In this document: piece after piece, positions 50,986 through 60,557 of the stretch
How positions within the stretch are numbered: the stretch's first letter is position 1
Layout of the letters: each line of letters opens with the position of its first letter
From: Myxococcota bacterium
GTDB lineage: Bacteria; Myxococcota_A; Polyangia; Polyangiales; Houyiibacteriaceae
Direction of reading: 5' to 3'
DNA length: 64,000 nt
NCBI GenBank assembly: GCA_039030515.1
Contig: JBCCEA010000010.1
Coordinates: forward strand, 32,001 to 96,000
The notes under the pieces: generated by a model
The model's database searches: none
Seen by the model: the letters and a program-made list of their open reading frames with translations, nothing else
Told to the model about the DNA's origin: nothing
Position numbers and translations under genes: made by a program

Positions 50986-53796
50986 ATGACCGACGCTCCG
51001 AGCAAGCTTACGATTCGTGGCGCACGCACCCACAACCTAGCGGACATTACCGTTGCGCTGCCTCGCAATCGTCTTTCGGTGGTTACGGGGCCCAGTGGGT
51101 CGGGTAAATCCTCCCTTGTATTTCACACTATTTACGCAGAAAGTCAGCGGAGGTATATCGAAGCCCTTAGCAGTTTTGCGAGGCAGTTTCTCGATCGCCT
51201 GCCCCGTCCGGATGTCGATCTCATCGAGGGTCTATCGCCCGCCATCTGTGTTCGTCAGCAGGTGCCGGGCAGAAGTCCAAGGTCGACGGTGGGCACGGCG
51301 ACCGAGGTGTACGACTACCTCAGGCTACTGTATGCAAGGGTAGGCCAAGCGTTTTGTCCCACCTGCGGCAGGGAGGTTCGTTCGTTTTCGCCTCAGCAAG
51401 TGGCCGAAGAAGTGCTCACTCAGACCGCAGGTCAGAGATTTTCTGTGCTTGCGCCCCTTGGAAGTCGAAATCAGCAAGAGATTAAGTCTGATCTGAAGCG
51501 GTTGCGAAAAGAGGGGTTTGTACGCGTTCTGATCGATGGCTGCGTACGTGACCTCGGTCGAGATGTCCATTTGGGAGCGTCATCTCGGCATGAGCTGGAA
51601 GTGGTGATCGACCGATTGTCGGTGTCTGATGGAGCGCGTCGACGCTTGACCGAGGCAGTGGAGCTTGCGTACGCGCAATCCCAGGGTCGCTGCAAAGTGG
51701 CCTTTCGCGAAGGTGATTCCCAAATTTACTCAGAAGGCTATGCGTGTGCGGAACATGGCCCCGTACTGCCAGAGCTCTCGCCCAGACTGTTTTCATTTAA
51801 CGACCGCCTCGGCGCATGCGACGCTTGTGCCGGGCTTGGACGTCGTCGCGAGTTCTGCATCGAGTCCGTAATACCCGACGAATCACGCTCGCTTGCCGCG
51901 GGAGCTGTGGTTCCCTGGGGCACCCCCAGCGGCTCCTTCTATAAGCAGATGCTGAAGTCGATGGAGGCGTCGATTAAGGTCAATCTGGATCAGCCCTTCA
52001 ATCAACTCTCTGCAGATGAGCGCGCACTGGTGCTCCATGGGAATCCGCGTTTTGAGGGGGTGCTTCCGGGCCTTCATCGCCGGCTCAGGGATTACGAACA
52101 GAAGAAGCGACGAGAAGGAGCCGGTGAAGAGGAGGTATTTGAGTACTTGGAAGCTGAGTTGGGTCAGTACAGCGTTTGGACAGAATGCAGCGTTTGTCAC
52201 GGGAGCCGGCTTGGGGTTGCTGCCCAGTCGGTTCGGGTTCAGGGGATGACAATCGCCGCCGCTTGTCGTCTCTCCTTGCGCGAGCTTCTAGAGTTCCTCG
52301 GATCTCTTTCCTTGAATGGCATTCGTGCACAGATCGCTGAACGTATCGTTAGGGAACTTGCCGATCGGTTGCGGTTTTTGGAGGACGTCGGGGTAGGCTA
52401 CTTGTCGCTCGACCGGTCGATCGCCTCGCTTTCAAGTGGGGAGAGTCAACGGGTGCGTCTTGCTACTCAAATCGGGGCCTCCTTTGTGGGCGCCCTCTAC
52501 GTGCTCGATGAGCCTTCCGCGGGGCTACATCCACGCGATATGCAACGATTGTGGCAAACGCTGCTGCGATTGCGAGACCGAGGCAATACGGTCTTGGTTG
52601 TAGAGCACGATGAAACTGCCATTCGGGCCGCCGACCACATCGTGGATATGGGTCCCGGAGCGGGAAGTGAAGGCGGGCGAATCGTGGCTCAAGGTGTGCC
52701 CAAGGATGTGGCAGCTTCTGTCGGCTCGCCCACGGGTGATTTTCTTGCGGGAAGGCGGTCTATTGCCGTACCCGAGCAGCTTCGCGTAGCCAAAGAACAT
52801 ATCCAGATCGTTTCGGCGTCAACCCACAATTTACGTGAGGTGAACGTCCGCATTCCGATCGGCTGTCTGACCTGCGTCACCGGAGTGAGCGGTAGTGGAA
52901 AGTCGTCTCTGGTCATGAATACGCTTGTGCCAGCCGTCCGCTCCGTGACCTCTGGGAAGCCTCTTTCTTCAATATCGGATTCAGTCAAAGGCTTGGAGTC
53001 GATAAAAAAAATCATTGAAGTGACCCAAGACCCCATAGGGCGTACGCCACGCAGCAGCCCAGCCACGTTTATGGGGTTTTTTGACCAGCTTCGTCGCCTG
53101 TTCGCCAGCCTCCCCGATGCGAAGCAGAGAGGATACAAAGCTGGACGATTTAGTTTTAATGTAAAGGGAGGGCGCTGCGAGCAGTGCCTCGGTGAGGGCG
53201 TGGTGCGCGTTCAGATGCACTTTCTCCCAGACGTTTATGTTCGTTGCGATACGTGTGGCGGATCAAGATACAACCGCGAAACTCTCGAGGTGCGGTATCG
53301 CGGTCACAGCATCGCCGACATACTTGCACTCGACGCGCTCGCGGCCCGTCCAATTTTCGAGCGAGTGCCCTCTTTGGTTCGGCCTCTTGATGCTTTGGTT
53401 TCGGTCGGACTCGGCTACCTAGAACTGGGGCGCAGTGCGACCACCCTTTCGGGAGGAGAGAGTCAGCGTCTAAAGCTCGCAAAAGAACTGGGGCGCAAGA
53501 CGAACGATCCCACTCTTTATGTCCTCGACGAACCCACTGCCGGCCTTCATTTGGCGGACGTGGAACTTCTGGTCGGCATAGTGCACCAACTGGTGGATGC
53601 CGGTCACACCGTAGTCGTAGTGGAGCATCACTTGGAGGTAATCAAGAACGCAGATTGGGTGATCGACCTGGGGCCGGAGGCTGGCGACCGCGGTGGTACT
53701 GTGATTTGTGCTGGCACGCCTCAAGAAGTGGCTCAGCACGAAGGTTCCCATACCGGTCAGTTTCTGCGCAGTCGACTCAGGATGCAGGGGTCGTAA
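50986..53796 (+). CDS. uvrA: Excinuclease ABC subunit A
   Basis: Two GSGKSS Walker A motifs, zinc fingers, LSSGESQR / LSGGESQR, LDEP. Confidence 0.96.
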   Translation: MTDAPSKLTIRGARTHNLADITVALPRNRLSVVTGPSGSGKSSLVFHTIYAESQRRYIEALSSFARQFLDRLPRPDVDLIEGLSPAICVRQQVPGRSPRSTVGTATEVYDYLRLLYARVGQAFCPTCGREVRSFSPQQVAEEVLTQTAGQRFSVLAPLGSRNQQEIKSDLKRLRKEGFVRVLIDGCVRDLGRDVHLGASSRHELEVVIDRLSVSDGARRRLTEAVELAYAQSQGRCKVAFREGDSQIYSEGYACAEHGPVLPELSPRLFSFNDRLGACDACAGLGRRREFCIESVIPDESRSLAAGAVVPWGTPSGSFYKQMLKSMEASIKVNLDQPFNQLSADERALVLHGNPRFEGVLPGLHRRLRDYEQKKRREGAGEEEVFEYLEAELGQYSVWTECSVCHGSRLGVAAQSVRVQGMTIAAACRLSLRELLEFLGSLSLNGIRAQIAERIVRELADRLRFLEDVGVGYLSLDRSIASLSSGESQRVRLATQIGASFVGALYVLDEPSAGLHPRDMQRLWQTLLRLRDRGNTVLVVEHDETAIRAADHIVDMGPGAGSEGGRIVAQGVPKDVAASVGSPTGDFLAGRRSIAVPEQLRVAKEHIQIVSASTHNLREVNVRIPIGCLTCVTGVSGSGKSSLVMNTLVPAVRSVTSGKPLSSISDSVKGLESIKKIIEVTQDPIGRTPRSSPATFMGFFDQLRRLFASLPDAKQRGYKAGRFSFNVKGGRCEQCLGEGVVRVQMHFLPDVYVRCDTCGGSRYNRETLEVRYRGHSIADILALDALAARPIFERVPSLVRPLDALVSVGLGYLELGRSATTLSGGESQRLKLAKELGRKTNDPTLYVLDEPTAGLHLADVELLVGIVHQLVDAGHTVVVVEHHLEVIKNADWVIDLGPEAGDRGGTVICAGTPQEVAQHEGSHTGQFLRSRLRMQGS

Positions 53797-53987
53797 ACTA
53801 GGTCGGCTAATTCGACCGATGTCTGTGAGGCACATGTCCGGAAAGGCAATCGTGCACGCGGTTTGCGAATATCACGGTTCGGAGAGGCCGCGGCGTGGCG
53901 ACCGAATCGCGAGGAGGCGTGTGGATTACGGTCCGGGAACCGTTCAAGTCCTCAAAGGTTCATTAATGGCTCCGACTCATTAATAAT

Positions 53988-54017
53988 TTGACCCTCGCAG
54001 TTCCAATTCCCTAGTCT
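53988..54017 (+). promoter_or_regulatory. Putative sigma70 promoter
   Basis: TTGACC-N18-TAGTCT upstream of the small ORF at 54050. Confidence 0.45.
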
Positions 54018-54049
54018 ACTAAAGCGAAACGGCGCAAGGAGGCAACGGA

Positions 54050-54232
54050 ATGTCGTTCTGGTCTGACGCGAGTCCGATAGTTAAGGGCGCGATTGTAGGT
54101 GGTGGCGTGTGCTTGGTGTTTGCCTTCTGGGCGCTCCTAGGACTTCCACCCTTTAGTACAGAGGCGGAAACCACTCAGGTTCGTGGTATTCAGCCAGGAA
54201 TAGAACCTGGCGCACCTGCTGCAGCAGAATAG
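54050..54232 (+). CDS. Small single-TM protein
   Basis: AAGGAGG RBS, one hydrophobic helix, Pro/Ala tail. Confidence 0.7.
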   Translation: MSFWSDASPIVKGAIVGGGVCLVFAFWALLGLPPFSTEAETTQVRGIQPGIEPGAPAAAE

Positions 54233-54427
54233 GTTTGAGACATTCCCCATCCAGTCTGATGTTCGACTGATTCGACGTTTAACCGTAGTCGTCGGGGCTT
54301 TGCGTCCTGCGGATTCGAGTCATCGCTCACTCGATATGGATGGGGAAACACGTCTACCCGTCGATCCACTATGTTATCGATCAGGATCGAGCTTGTCATG
54401 TTCTATGGTGCCTCTGACCATGGGCGC

Positions 54428-55834
54428 TCAATCGCCGCTATCGATATCTACGGTGCCGTGAATCGTACGCTCATATGCATCACCGACTTCAATGCACACC
54501 TCGCGTAACTCGATCCCGCCTCCAACGAGAAGCGCCACTGGATCGACCTCGACCGAACGAACTTTGTCGTCGAAATCTTGAGTAAATGCGGTCAGCCTGA
54601 GCAGCACGTCGTGAATGTTGGAAATAGAGTCTTGCTGGTCACGGTAGCGCTCTGCACTCAACAGCGAGTTTCCCTGCAGCCGACTCAGCGTGCATTCCAA
54701 TTGCTCCACTGAAGCTGGTAGTACGGTCTCGAGCCGATCCTCGGTTGCGATTCCGTGAGGATCGCTAAAGCCGAGACTCATGTGAACTTCCCCGGTGTTT
54801 AGGGCGCGCGCTTTGAGCCACAAAAGGGCGTGGGCTGGCGATGTAGCGCTGACGGTCACCCCTAAGATTCTGGCTCCTGGCGTTCTAGCCTTGGCCAGCG
54901 CAGTGATTTGGCGATACACGTCTCTAACGCGAGCAGCATTGTCGACCCCGTCGGCAGCGAGCTCTGGATGATCCCAGATGCGCAAATCTGGCGAAGCCAA
55001 GGCGATGCGCACTGGAAATCCGATGCGCGTAGCCTCGGCCGCGGCGCGTGAAGGACTGGTGCATAGTTCCTCGTTGGGAAATGGAAGATCGTAAGCGGAT
55101 AGCGCTTGCTTGCTCGCCGGGTCAGAGAGCGCACGTTCCGGTCCAAAGAGTACGTCCGCGACCACCTCGAGGTTCACTCCCTCTACTTGAGGTCTACCGG
55201 GGCGCCTATGTGTTCGGCCTGCGTGAGATTGGTAAAACGCATCGATCGCAATTGCCACATCACGAGCCTCTCCGAGGCAAGACGATCGCCTCTCACGTTC
55301 AGCGACGACGAAGCTCGATTGCGCTGATTGGTACCGAAGTTTCTCTTGATTGCCTACGATGTACGGCTGTAGCCGTATCCTCTGTGCTGGGTGTACGTGA
55401 CGAATGGAGCCGCTCCACGGTTTTTCGGCACCCACAACCCTAAGGCCTACTGCAGCGATAAGCGGCCTTATTTCATCGACTGCGACGAGACCTAGATCGC
55501 GCGCCAAATCGCGGAGCGTTAAACTCGTTCGGTCGGATTTGAGGATCGCAAGAAGCGAGATGGGGTGGGACTTGGAGAGGTTGATGAGATGCTCAATCTC
55601 GGGAGCAAGGGTGAGGGCGAATGCGATATGGCGTTCCGGCGCTCTCGACGCTACTGCCTCCTCTACGGGAGAAGCGGCGTAGTGCGGTTCCACCAGAAGT
55701 CCGACCGAGCTGGCAACGTTTTCACACTCGATTGCCAGGTCTGAAGAGTCGCACCAAATCTCAAATGCCTTCGCCATCCGTTCTCGAACCATAGTCAACG
55801 TAGGAGAAAGATGCCCGCTTTCGGTTGTTTGCAC
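54428..55834 (-). CDS. Degenerate acetate--CoA ligase-like ATP-grasp protein
   Basis: LS...SK..L.AY..P.P, A..IGFPV...SPD pattern of the ACD beta domain; catalytic motifs altered. Confidence 0.7.
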   Translation of the reverse strand: MQTTESGHLSPTLTMVRERMAKAFEIWCDSSDLAIECENVASSVGLLVEPHYAASPVEEAVASRAPERHIAFALTLAPEIEHLINLSKSHPISLLAILKSDRTSLTLRDLARDLGLVAVDEIRPLIAAVGLRVVGAEKPWSGSIRHVHPAQRIRLQPYIVGNQEKLRYQSAQSSFVVAERERRSSCLGEARDVAIAIDAFYQSHAGRTHRRPGRPQVEGVNLEVVADVLFGPERALSDPASKQALSAYDLPFPNEELCTSPSRAAAEATRIGFPVRIALASPDLRIWDHPELAADGVDNAARVRDVYRQITALAKARTPGARILGVTVSATSPAHALLWLKARALNTGEVHMSLGFSDPHGIATEDRLETVLPASVEQLECTLSRLQGNSLLSAERYRDQQDSISNIHDVLLRLTAFTQDFDDKVRSVEVDPVALLVGGGIELREVCIEVGDAYERTIHGTVDIDSGD

Positions 55835-56027
55835 GTGCCGCAGGCGTTGCTCTCAAGGTCAACGCGCAGCTGCATGGCCGCTCTGACTTAAGTTCGGTCG
55901 TGCCGAAGCGGCGCTCCAGATCGGCCGTTTGAGAATCGGAGATGATCTATCCGAACCGGACAGGCTTCGTTTGTCGCTTAGATGTAAGTGTAGCGAGGAT
56001 ATGGCTCGCTCCAAATGCGGTACGGGC

Positions 56028-56055
56028 TTGACCGGAAGCCACTCACGGTGATACT
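56028..56055 (+). promoter_or_regulatory. Putative sigma70 promoter
   Basis: TTGACC-N16-GATACT about 180 nt upstream of the 56234 ATG. Confidence 0.5.
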
Positions 56056-56233
56056 CGAAAACGTCTCGGAGGGTTGCTTTTAGACGGGCTCTAAGAGCTG
56101 ATTTCTCCCATCGAGCCTATGGGGTGTGTTCCTTGCGAATAAGGAGATTCCTTCTTTCGCATTTCTTTGGGGCTCAGTCAGAACGCGCGGTGCACGCCCT
56201 CCGAACATCTAATCTAATGGGAGAGACGGCAGC

Positions 56234-57718
56234 ATGCGGCTGAAGATTATCGCCGGCAATTTGGTAACGCTCTTAACCGTCGGACTCGTCTCGTACCTCT
56301 ACGTTGGAATGAGACTGAGTGATGAGTTAGGGCGCCAGGTCGATGCGCGTATCGACAACGATCAAGATCTGCTGGATCGCTCTCTTCGATTGCTTGCAAG
56401 CGATTTTGTCAGGGATACGGTCGACAGAGCTGCAACTCGAGAACTCAAATCTACCCTCAATACGTCCGATCCGCGAAACCGCGCGCAAAGGGTCTATCAG
56501 CAGTGTGAGTCCATTGCGGCTTGGTTTCGGGATCCGGCAAGAGGTTTTCAGGGTCCTCCAGACATCGTTCTGGTGACCGACGAACGCGGGAAAGTGGTCG
56601 CAAGAAACAAAGACGTCAATGCGATGCACGACGTGTCCATTGTCGGCCAAGTTCCGGCTGTGGCCGGGGTTCTCGAGGACGGTCGGTCACGCCACGACGT
56701 TTGGCTCAAACACGATGAGAACAAGGTCATGCACATCGCGACGGCGCCGGTTCGAAGCGAGCAGGGGGGTCTGCTTGGGGTGCTTCTCGTGGGATACGAT
56801 CTGTCCAATGGGATGGCACAAAAGATAAGTCACGTGCTCGAGTCCGAGGTCGCTTTCGTCACTCATGACCGTGTCTACAGCTGGTCGCTTAACGGAGACA
56901 GTGCACCATTTTGGACGCTTCTATCCGATAACCATGGCCGTGCGGTAGAGGAGGCGTTGCGCGGTGAACGTAGCAACGCCTTCCGGGTCGACCTCCGAGG
57001 GCAGCAATACGTGGTCATGTTGGCTCGTTTGCCGGCCGCTCCCTCTACGCCGGTAGGGTACGCAGTTCTTTCCAACCGAACTCAAGCGATGGGGCTCTCT
57101 TCATTGTCGAATATGATACTGCTGATGACTGCGCTCGGGGCACTGGTTGTGGTCGTTTACGGATTCATTACGGGAACACAGTTCCTAAGACCTATGGAGG
57201 AGATCGAGGACGCGGTGCTCGCCATCATTAACGGCAATACCGATCGGCGTATCGACATCAAGAGCTCAGAGTTTGGGGGCTTGGCCTATCGGATCAACCA
57301 GTTGGTCAACCTATTCACCGGAGTCTCCGAAGAGGATGAGAACGGCAGAGTCTCCTCTCGTGGTATGCCGTCGGTCGATCCTGCGGGAAACTGGCAGGGC
57401 GCTGCGTTTCAGGATGGAGGGGAAAAGGCCGAGAAACCTTCTCCTGCGAGCCCAAACGCGCCTTTGGACGACCCGGCGCTAAGCGCTACGCTGGCGGCCG
57501 AGCCTGCGGAAGTCTACTACAATCGGGTTTTCGGCGAATACGTGGCGGCAAAGCAGGCTGCCGGTGAAGACGTATCCAACATACCCCAGGAGCGCTTCAT
57601 CAAGCGATTGGAAGCCAATGCTAAGGCACTCGCCAAGAGGCATGGAGTGGCTTCCGTTCGTTTTCAGGTCGCACGTCAGGGCAATCAAGTCATTCTTAAG
57701 CCCGTATTGCTGCGGTAG
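56234..57718 (+). CDS. Membrane sensor-like protein (Cache-like, HAMP) with MXAN_5187-type C-terminal domain
   Basis: Two TMs flanking a periplasmic domain, RP....E......GN..RI....EFG.L...IN HAMP; tail EYVAAK..GE....ERF..RL...VRFQV....V.LKP recalled from myxobacterial proteins. Confidence 0.7.
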   Translation: MRLKIIAGNLVTLLTVGLVSYLYVGMRLSDELGRQVDARIDNDQDLLDRSLRLLASDFVRDTVDRAATRELKSTLNTSDPRNRAQRVYQQCESIAAWFRDPARGFQGPPDIVLVTDERGKVVARNKDVNAMHDVSIVGQVPAVAGVLEDGRSRHDVWLKHDENKVMHIATAPVRSEQGGLLGVLLVGYDLSNGMAQKISHVLESEVAFVTHDRVYSWSLNGDSAPFWTLLSDNHGRAVEEALRGERSNAFRVDLRGQQYVVMLARLPAAPSTPVGYAVLSNRTQAMGLSSLSNMILLMTALGALVVVVYGFITGTQFLRPMEEIEDAVLAIINGNTDRRIDIKSSEFGGLAYRINQLVNLFTGVSEEDENGRVSSRGMPSVDPAGNWQGAAFQDGGEKAEKPSPASPNAPLDDPALSATLAAEPAEVYYNRVFGEYVAAKQAAGEDVSNIPQERFIKRLEANAKALAKRHGVASVRFQVARQGNQVILKPVLLR

Positions 57719-57804
57719 TTTCTTAGGACGAGTTGAGGTGCTTGCATCTGCGCCAATACGATTCATGTCAAAGCCTATTCCTGCCGCTTTGAAATGAGGT
57801 CTTC

Positions 57805-58542
57805 GTGGGTTTGTTTGACAGATTTGGTCCCAAAGGGCGCGAGGCTCGTATTCTAAAAAAACACGGTGCGAGGGTCGCGAATCGGCGGGCGCAAAACGTC
57901 GACCGATGGGACAGTATCCGGGCGCTGTCTTCTCTAGGTTCCCCTGAGGCAGTGGAAGCGTTGCTTCGTCGATTTACCTTTCGGGTAGATCCCAGCATCA
58001 CCGACCAAGAGGAAAAAGACGCCGCGTTTCAGGCTGTCGTCGCCGTAGGGGAAGATGCCGTGCCTTCCGTTGTACATGCGCTCCGGCGTGACCCGTCTAT
58101 TGCGTGGCCATTGAAATGTCTGGAGCAGCTTGTATCTGAAGAAGAGCTGGTAGGAATACTGCTTGGTCTCTTGTCGGATATGAGCACGGAGTACGAACGT
58201 GATCCGGATCGCAAGATTCAAGTGCTGGGAATATTGGAAGAACACTCCGACCCGCGCATCGCATCTGCCGTGTTGCCATTTCTTGAGGACGTAAACGAGA
58301 CAGCGAGATTCCACGCGGTGGGCACGCTGCTCGCCCAGCCTAATGCTGAAACCGCGAGCAAAGAGCTCTTTGCTCGGCTAGGGCAAGACGATAGTCTTCG
58401 ACTGCGGGTCAAACTACTCGATGGATTTATCGATTCCAATTGGGCCGTACCGGACAGTGTGATCGCTGCGGTGCGAGAAAACATTCCCAGCGGTTATCAC
58501 GTCAGCACGTCCGGCAAGATCAGTAGAGGAGGTGCTGTCTAG
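57805..58542 (+). CDS. HEAT-repeat protein
   Basis: Repeated helical hairpins such as DPRIASAVLPFLED.NE..RFHAV..L. Confidence 0.75.
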   Translation: MGLFDRFGPKGREARILKKHGARVANRRAQNVDRWDSIRALSSLGSPEAVEALLRRFTFRVDPSITDQEEKDAAFQAVVAVGEDAVPSVVHALRRDPSIAWPLKCLEQLVSEEELVGILLGLLSDMSTEYERDPDRKIQVLGILEEHSDPRIASAVLPFLEDVNETARFHAVGTLLAQPNAETASKELFARLGQDDSLRLRVKLLDGFIDSNWAVPDSVIAAVRENIPSGYHVSTSGKISRGGAV

Positions 58543-58620
58543 ATCGTTACAGACACTCACCGCAACAGGTCTGCGGCTCGCTCGAACGTCGCGCGGTGAA
58601 TGCCGCATCATCGAAACAGC

Positions 58621-59496
58621 TCAATTGCTCACTGCAGCAGAGCTTGGAAGATAGATCGACACCCCCAGGGAGACCATTTGGTTGAAGTGTGAAATGCGAT
58701 CGTCAGAGTCGATGACTCCATCCGGAAAATCTCCATCTTCAGAGCCACTCTCGTCAGTGCCCGATGTATTCCATGCGAAGGGCAAGCCACGCCATTCTGC
58801 GTTGATCGCGATAAAGTCATTGATGTAGAGTCTGATCCCTGCGCCGAATGTTGCATTCATCGTGACACGGCTTGAGCGAGCGCTTTGACTGGCGAGACAT
58901 GCATCCGTTGCCTCATCACATATGCCAGCCTCGGTATGGGCTCTCTCTGTAAGTCCGACGATGCTCAAACCAAGATGGATATAAAAATCTGTGTCAACGA
59001 ATATTCTCTGGAATAGTGCAAGTTTTCCTCGCAGAGGAATGAACAGCACTTGAGGTGCAATGATGAAGTCGATAGAACCGATCTGATCAGAGAAATTGTC
59101 GCTGGAGGGCAAGCTGAGACGATTCCTATCGGTAGTCACCCCCTGACTTTCGACTTCGTCGGTAAGGCTGGTTGCCAATTGCACCGGGCTGTACATGAAG
59201 AATGCCCCAAAGCCCAACCAGTCGAGGACATGATATTCGGCACTTCCTCCGGTGAATACTGAGCGATTGTATTCATCCCTCAGAGAAAAACCCACCATCG
59301 GAGTAAGCGAGATGCGCCCACGCCGGTAGATTCGGCAGCTTCGACATGCCGGTGCTCCGGCAAGTGGGCCCGTAATCTGCACTTCTTGCGCTGCGAGAGG
59401 GCTTGCATGCGTCATCCCGAGACTCAGCATGCCGAGCAGGACGATTGAAAATAGGATTCGACGCGCTGGATTCATCGTTGCTCTCCGGGGGCTCAC
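58621..59496 (-). CDS. Outer-membrane beta-barrel protein (GltA/GltB-like)
   Basis: Signal peptide, PLRGKLALF....DFY...G motif, alternating strands; GTGA overlap with upstream paralog. Confidence 0.7.
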   Translation of the reverse strand: MSPRRATMNPARRILFSIVLLGMLSLGMTHASPLAAQEVQITGPLAGAPACRSCRIYRRGRISLTPMVGFSLRDEYNRSVFTGGSAEYHVLDWLGFGAFFMYSPVQLATSLTDEVESQGVTTDRNRLSLPSSDNFSDQIGSIDFIIAPQVLFIPLRGKLALFQRIFVDTDFYIHLGLSIVGLTERAHTEAGICDEATDACLASQSARSSRVTMNATFGAGIRLYINDFIAINAEWRGLPFAWNTSGTDESGSEDGDFPDGVIDSDDRISHFNQMVSLGVSIYLPSSAAVSN

Positions 59497-60428
59497 TTGG
59501 GCAGTTTGTACTCAAAAGAGAAAGGGAAGAACAACGTGATACCGATTTGGACGGTAACGTTGTTGACTAGCTCACTGCTGTCGGCGAGCCATGTACTCTT
59601 GTCGTTCCTTGCCTCGCCGAGTGCTACGTCGAGACTCTCAAATCGTTCGAGGTAGAGGTAGTCACGAAACTCAGCAAACACGGTGAGAAACCGAGATAGG
59701 AAAATGCGCAGACCGATACCCACGTTAAATGCGAGTCGCATTTCATAATCGAAGGTTCGAATCTCAGGGTCGATAATAGCGATCGGGCGTGTTCGTTGAA
59801 AACCGACCCCTCCGATCACGTAAGCATCCCATTGAAATATCCATTTGTTGAATGCCATGAACTTTCCGTAGAGAGGCACATAGGTGAAGTTCATGTGTGC
59901 ACCGAGTTGCCATTCCGTTATCGGTACAGCCAGTCGGGCAGACCGTCGCACGAAAAAATTCAGATCGGATTCACTCTGGAATCCCTCAAGATCGTACCAA
60001 AGGAAATTAAAACCGATCGCGAGTACGTTAGACCACCAGTAATTGAGCCCCAGGCCTAGCGCGCGTCTACGCACGTAAGGATCGTTGAGCGTGAATGCGA
60101 ACGATGGTGCGACCTCCAAACGGTTAAGCCGAAGGGCGAAGATTTGTTGGACCGCGTAAATCTCCTCTTCCACCGTGGTGGTGTCGCGTGGTTCGGAATC
60201 CATTCTCGCGTTGAGCTCGTCATCGCTGAGCGCAAGATCGCCGATGATGTCACTGCCGGGTTCCAAGGCATCGCCATCAGGACCAAGGAACCCGTTCTCG
60301 TCGGTTTCTGCTGGGGTTTCTTCCTCTGTTTCCTCGAGGTCAAACGACATGTCCTGTGCAGATGTCATGGGAGCGTGTATGAGCGACTCGATGACAAGAG
60401 CCCATACTGCGAACGAAAAGTTCTTCAT
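59493..60428 (-). CDS. Outer-membrane beta-barrel protein (GltA/GltB-like)
   Basis: Signal peptide, AVQQ....R.E..P....LNDPY, PLYGKF..F....WDAY...G, G.TLFFP; ATG at 60428 with GAGG RBS. Confidence 0.75.
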   Translation of the reverse strand: MKNFSFAVWALVIESLIHAPMTSAQDMSFDLEETEEETPAETDENGFLGPDGDALEPGSDIIGDLALSDDELNARMDSEPRDTTTVEEEIYAVQQIFALRLNRLEVAPSFAFTLNDPYVRRRALGLGLNYWWSNVLAIGFNFLWYDLEGFQSESDLNFFVRRSARLAVPITEWQLGAHMNFTYVPLYGKFMAFNKWIFQWDAYVIGGVGFQRTRPIAIIDPEIRTFDYEMRLAFNVGIGLRIFLSRFLTVFAEFRDYLYLERFESLDVALGEARNDKSTWLADSSELVNNVTVQIGITLFFPFSFEYKLPK

Positions 60429-60557
60429 CCTAACCTCATAAAGGATTCGATCGGCCGCTGGTCCGTTCTGACGAACAGTACGTAAGCAGTCGAAATATAT
60501 CGTCAATTCCCCGTGCCTTGCTGCGGGAGGCACTATATCACGGCCGAAAGTGCTCGA

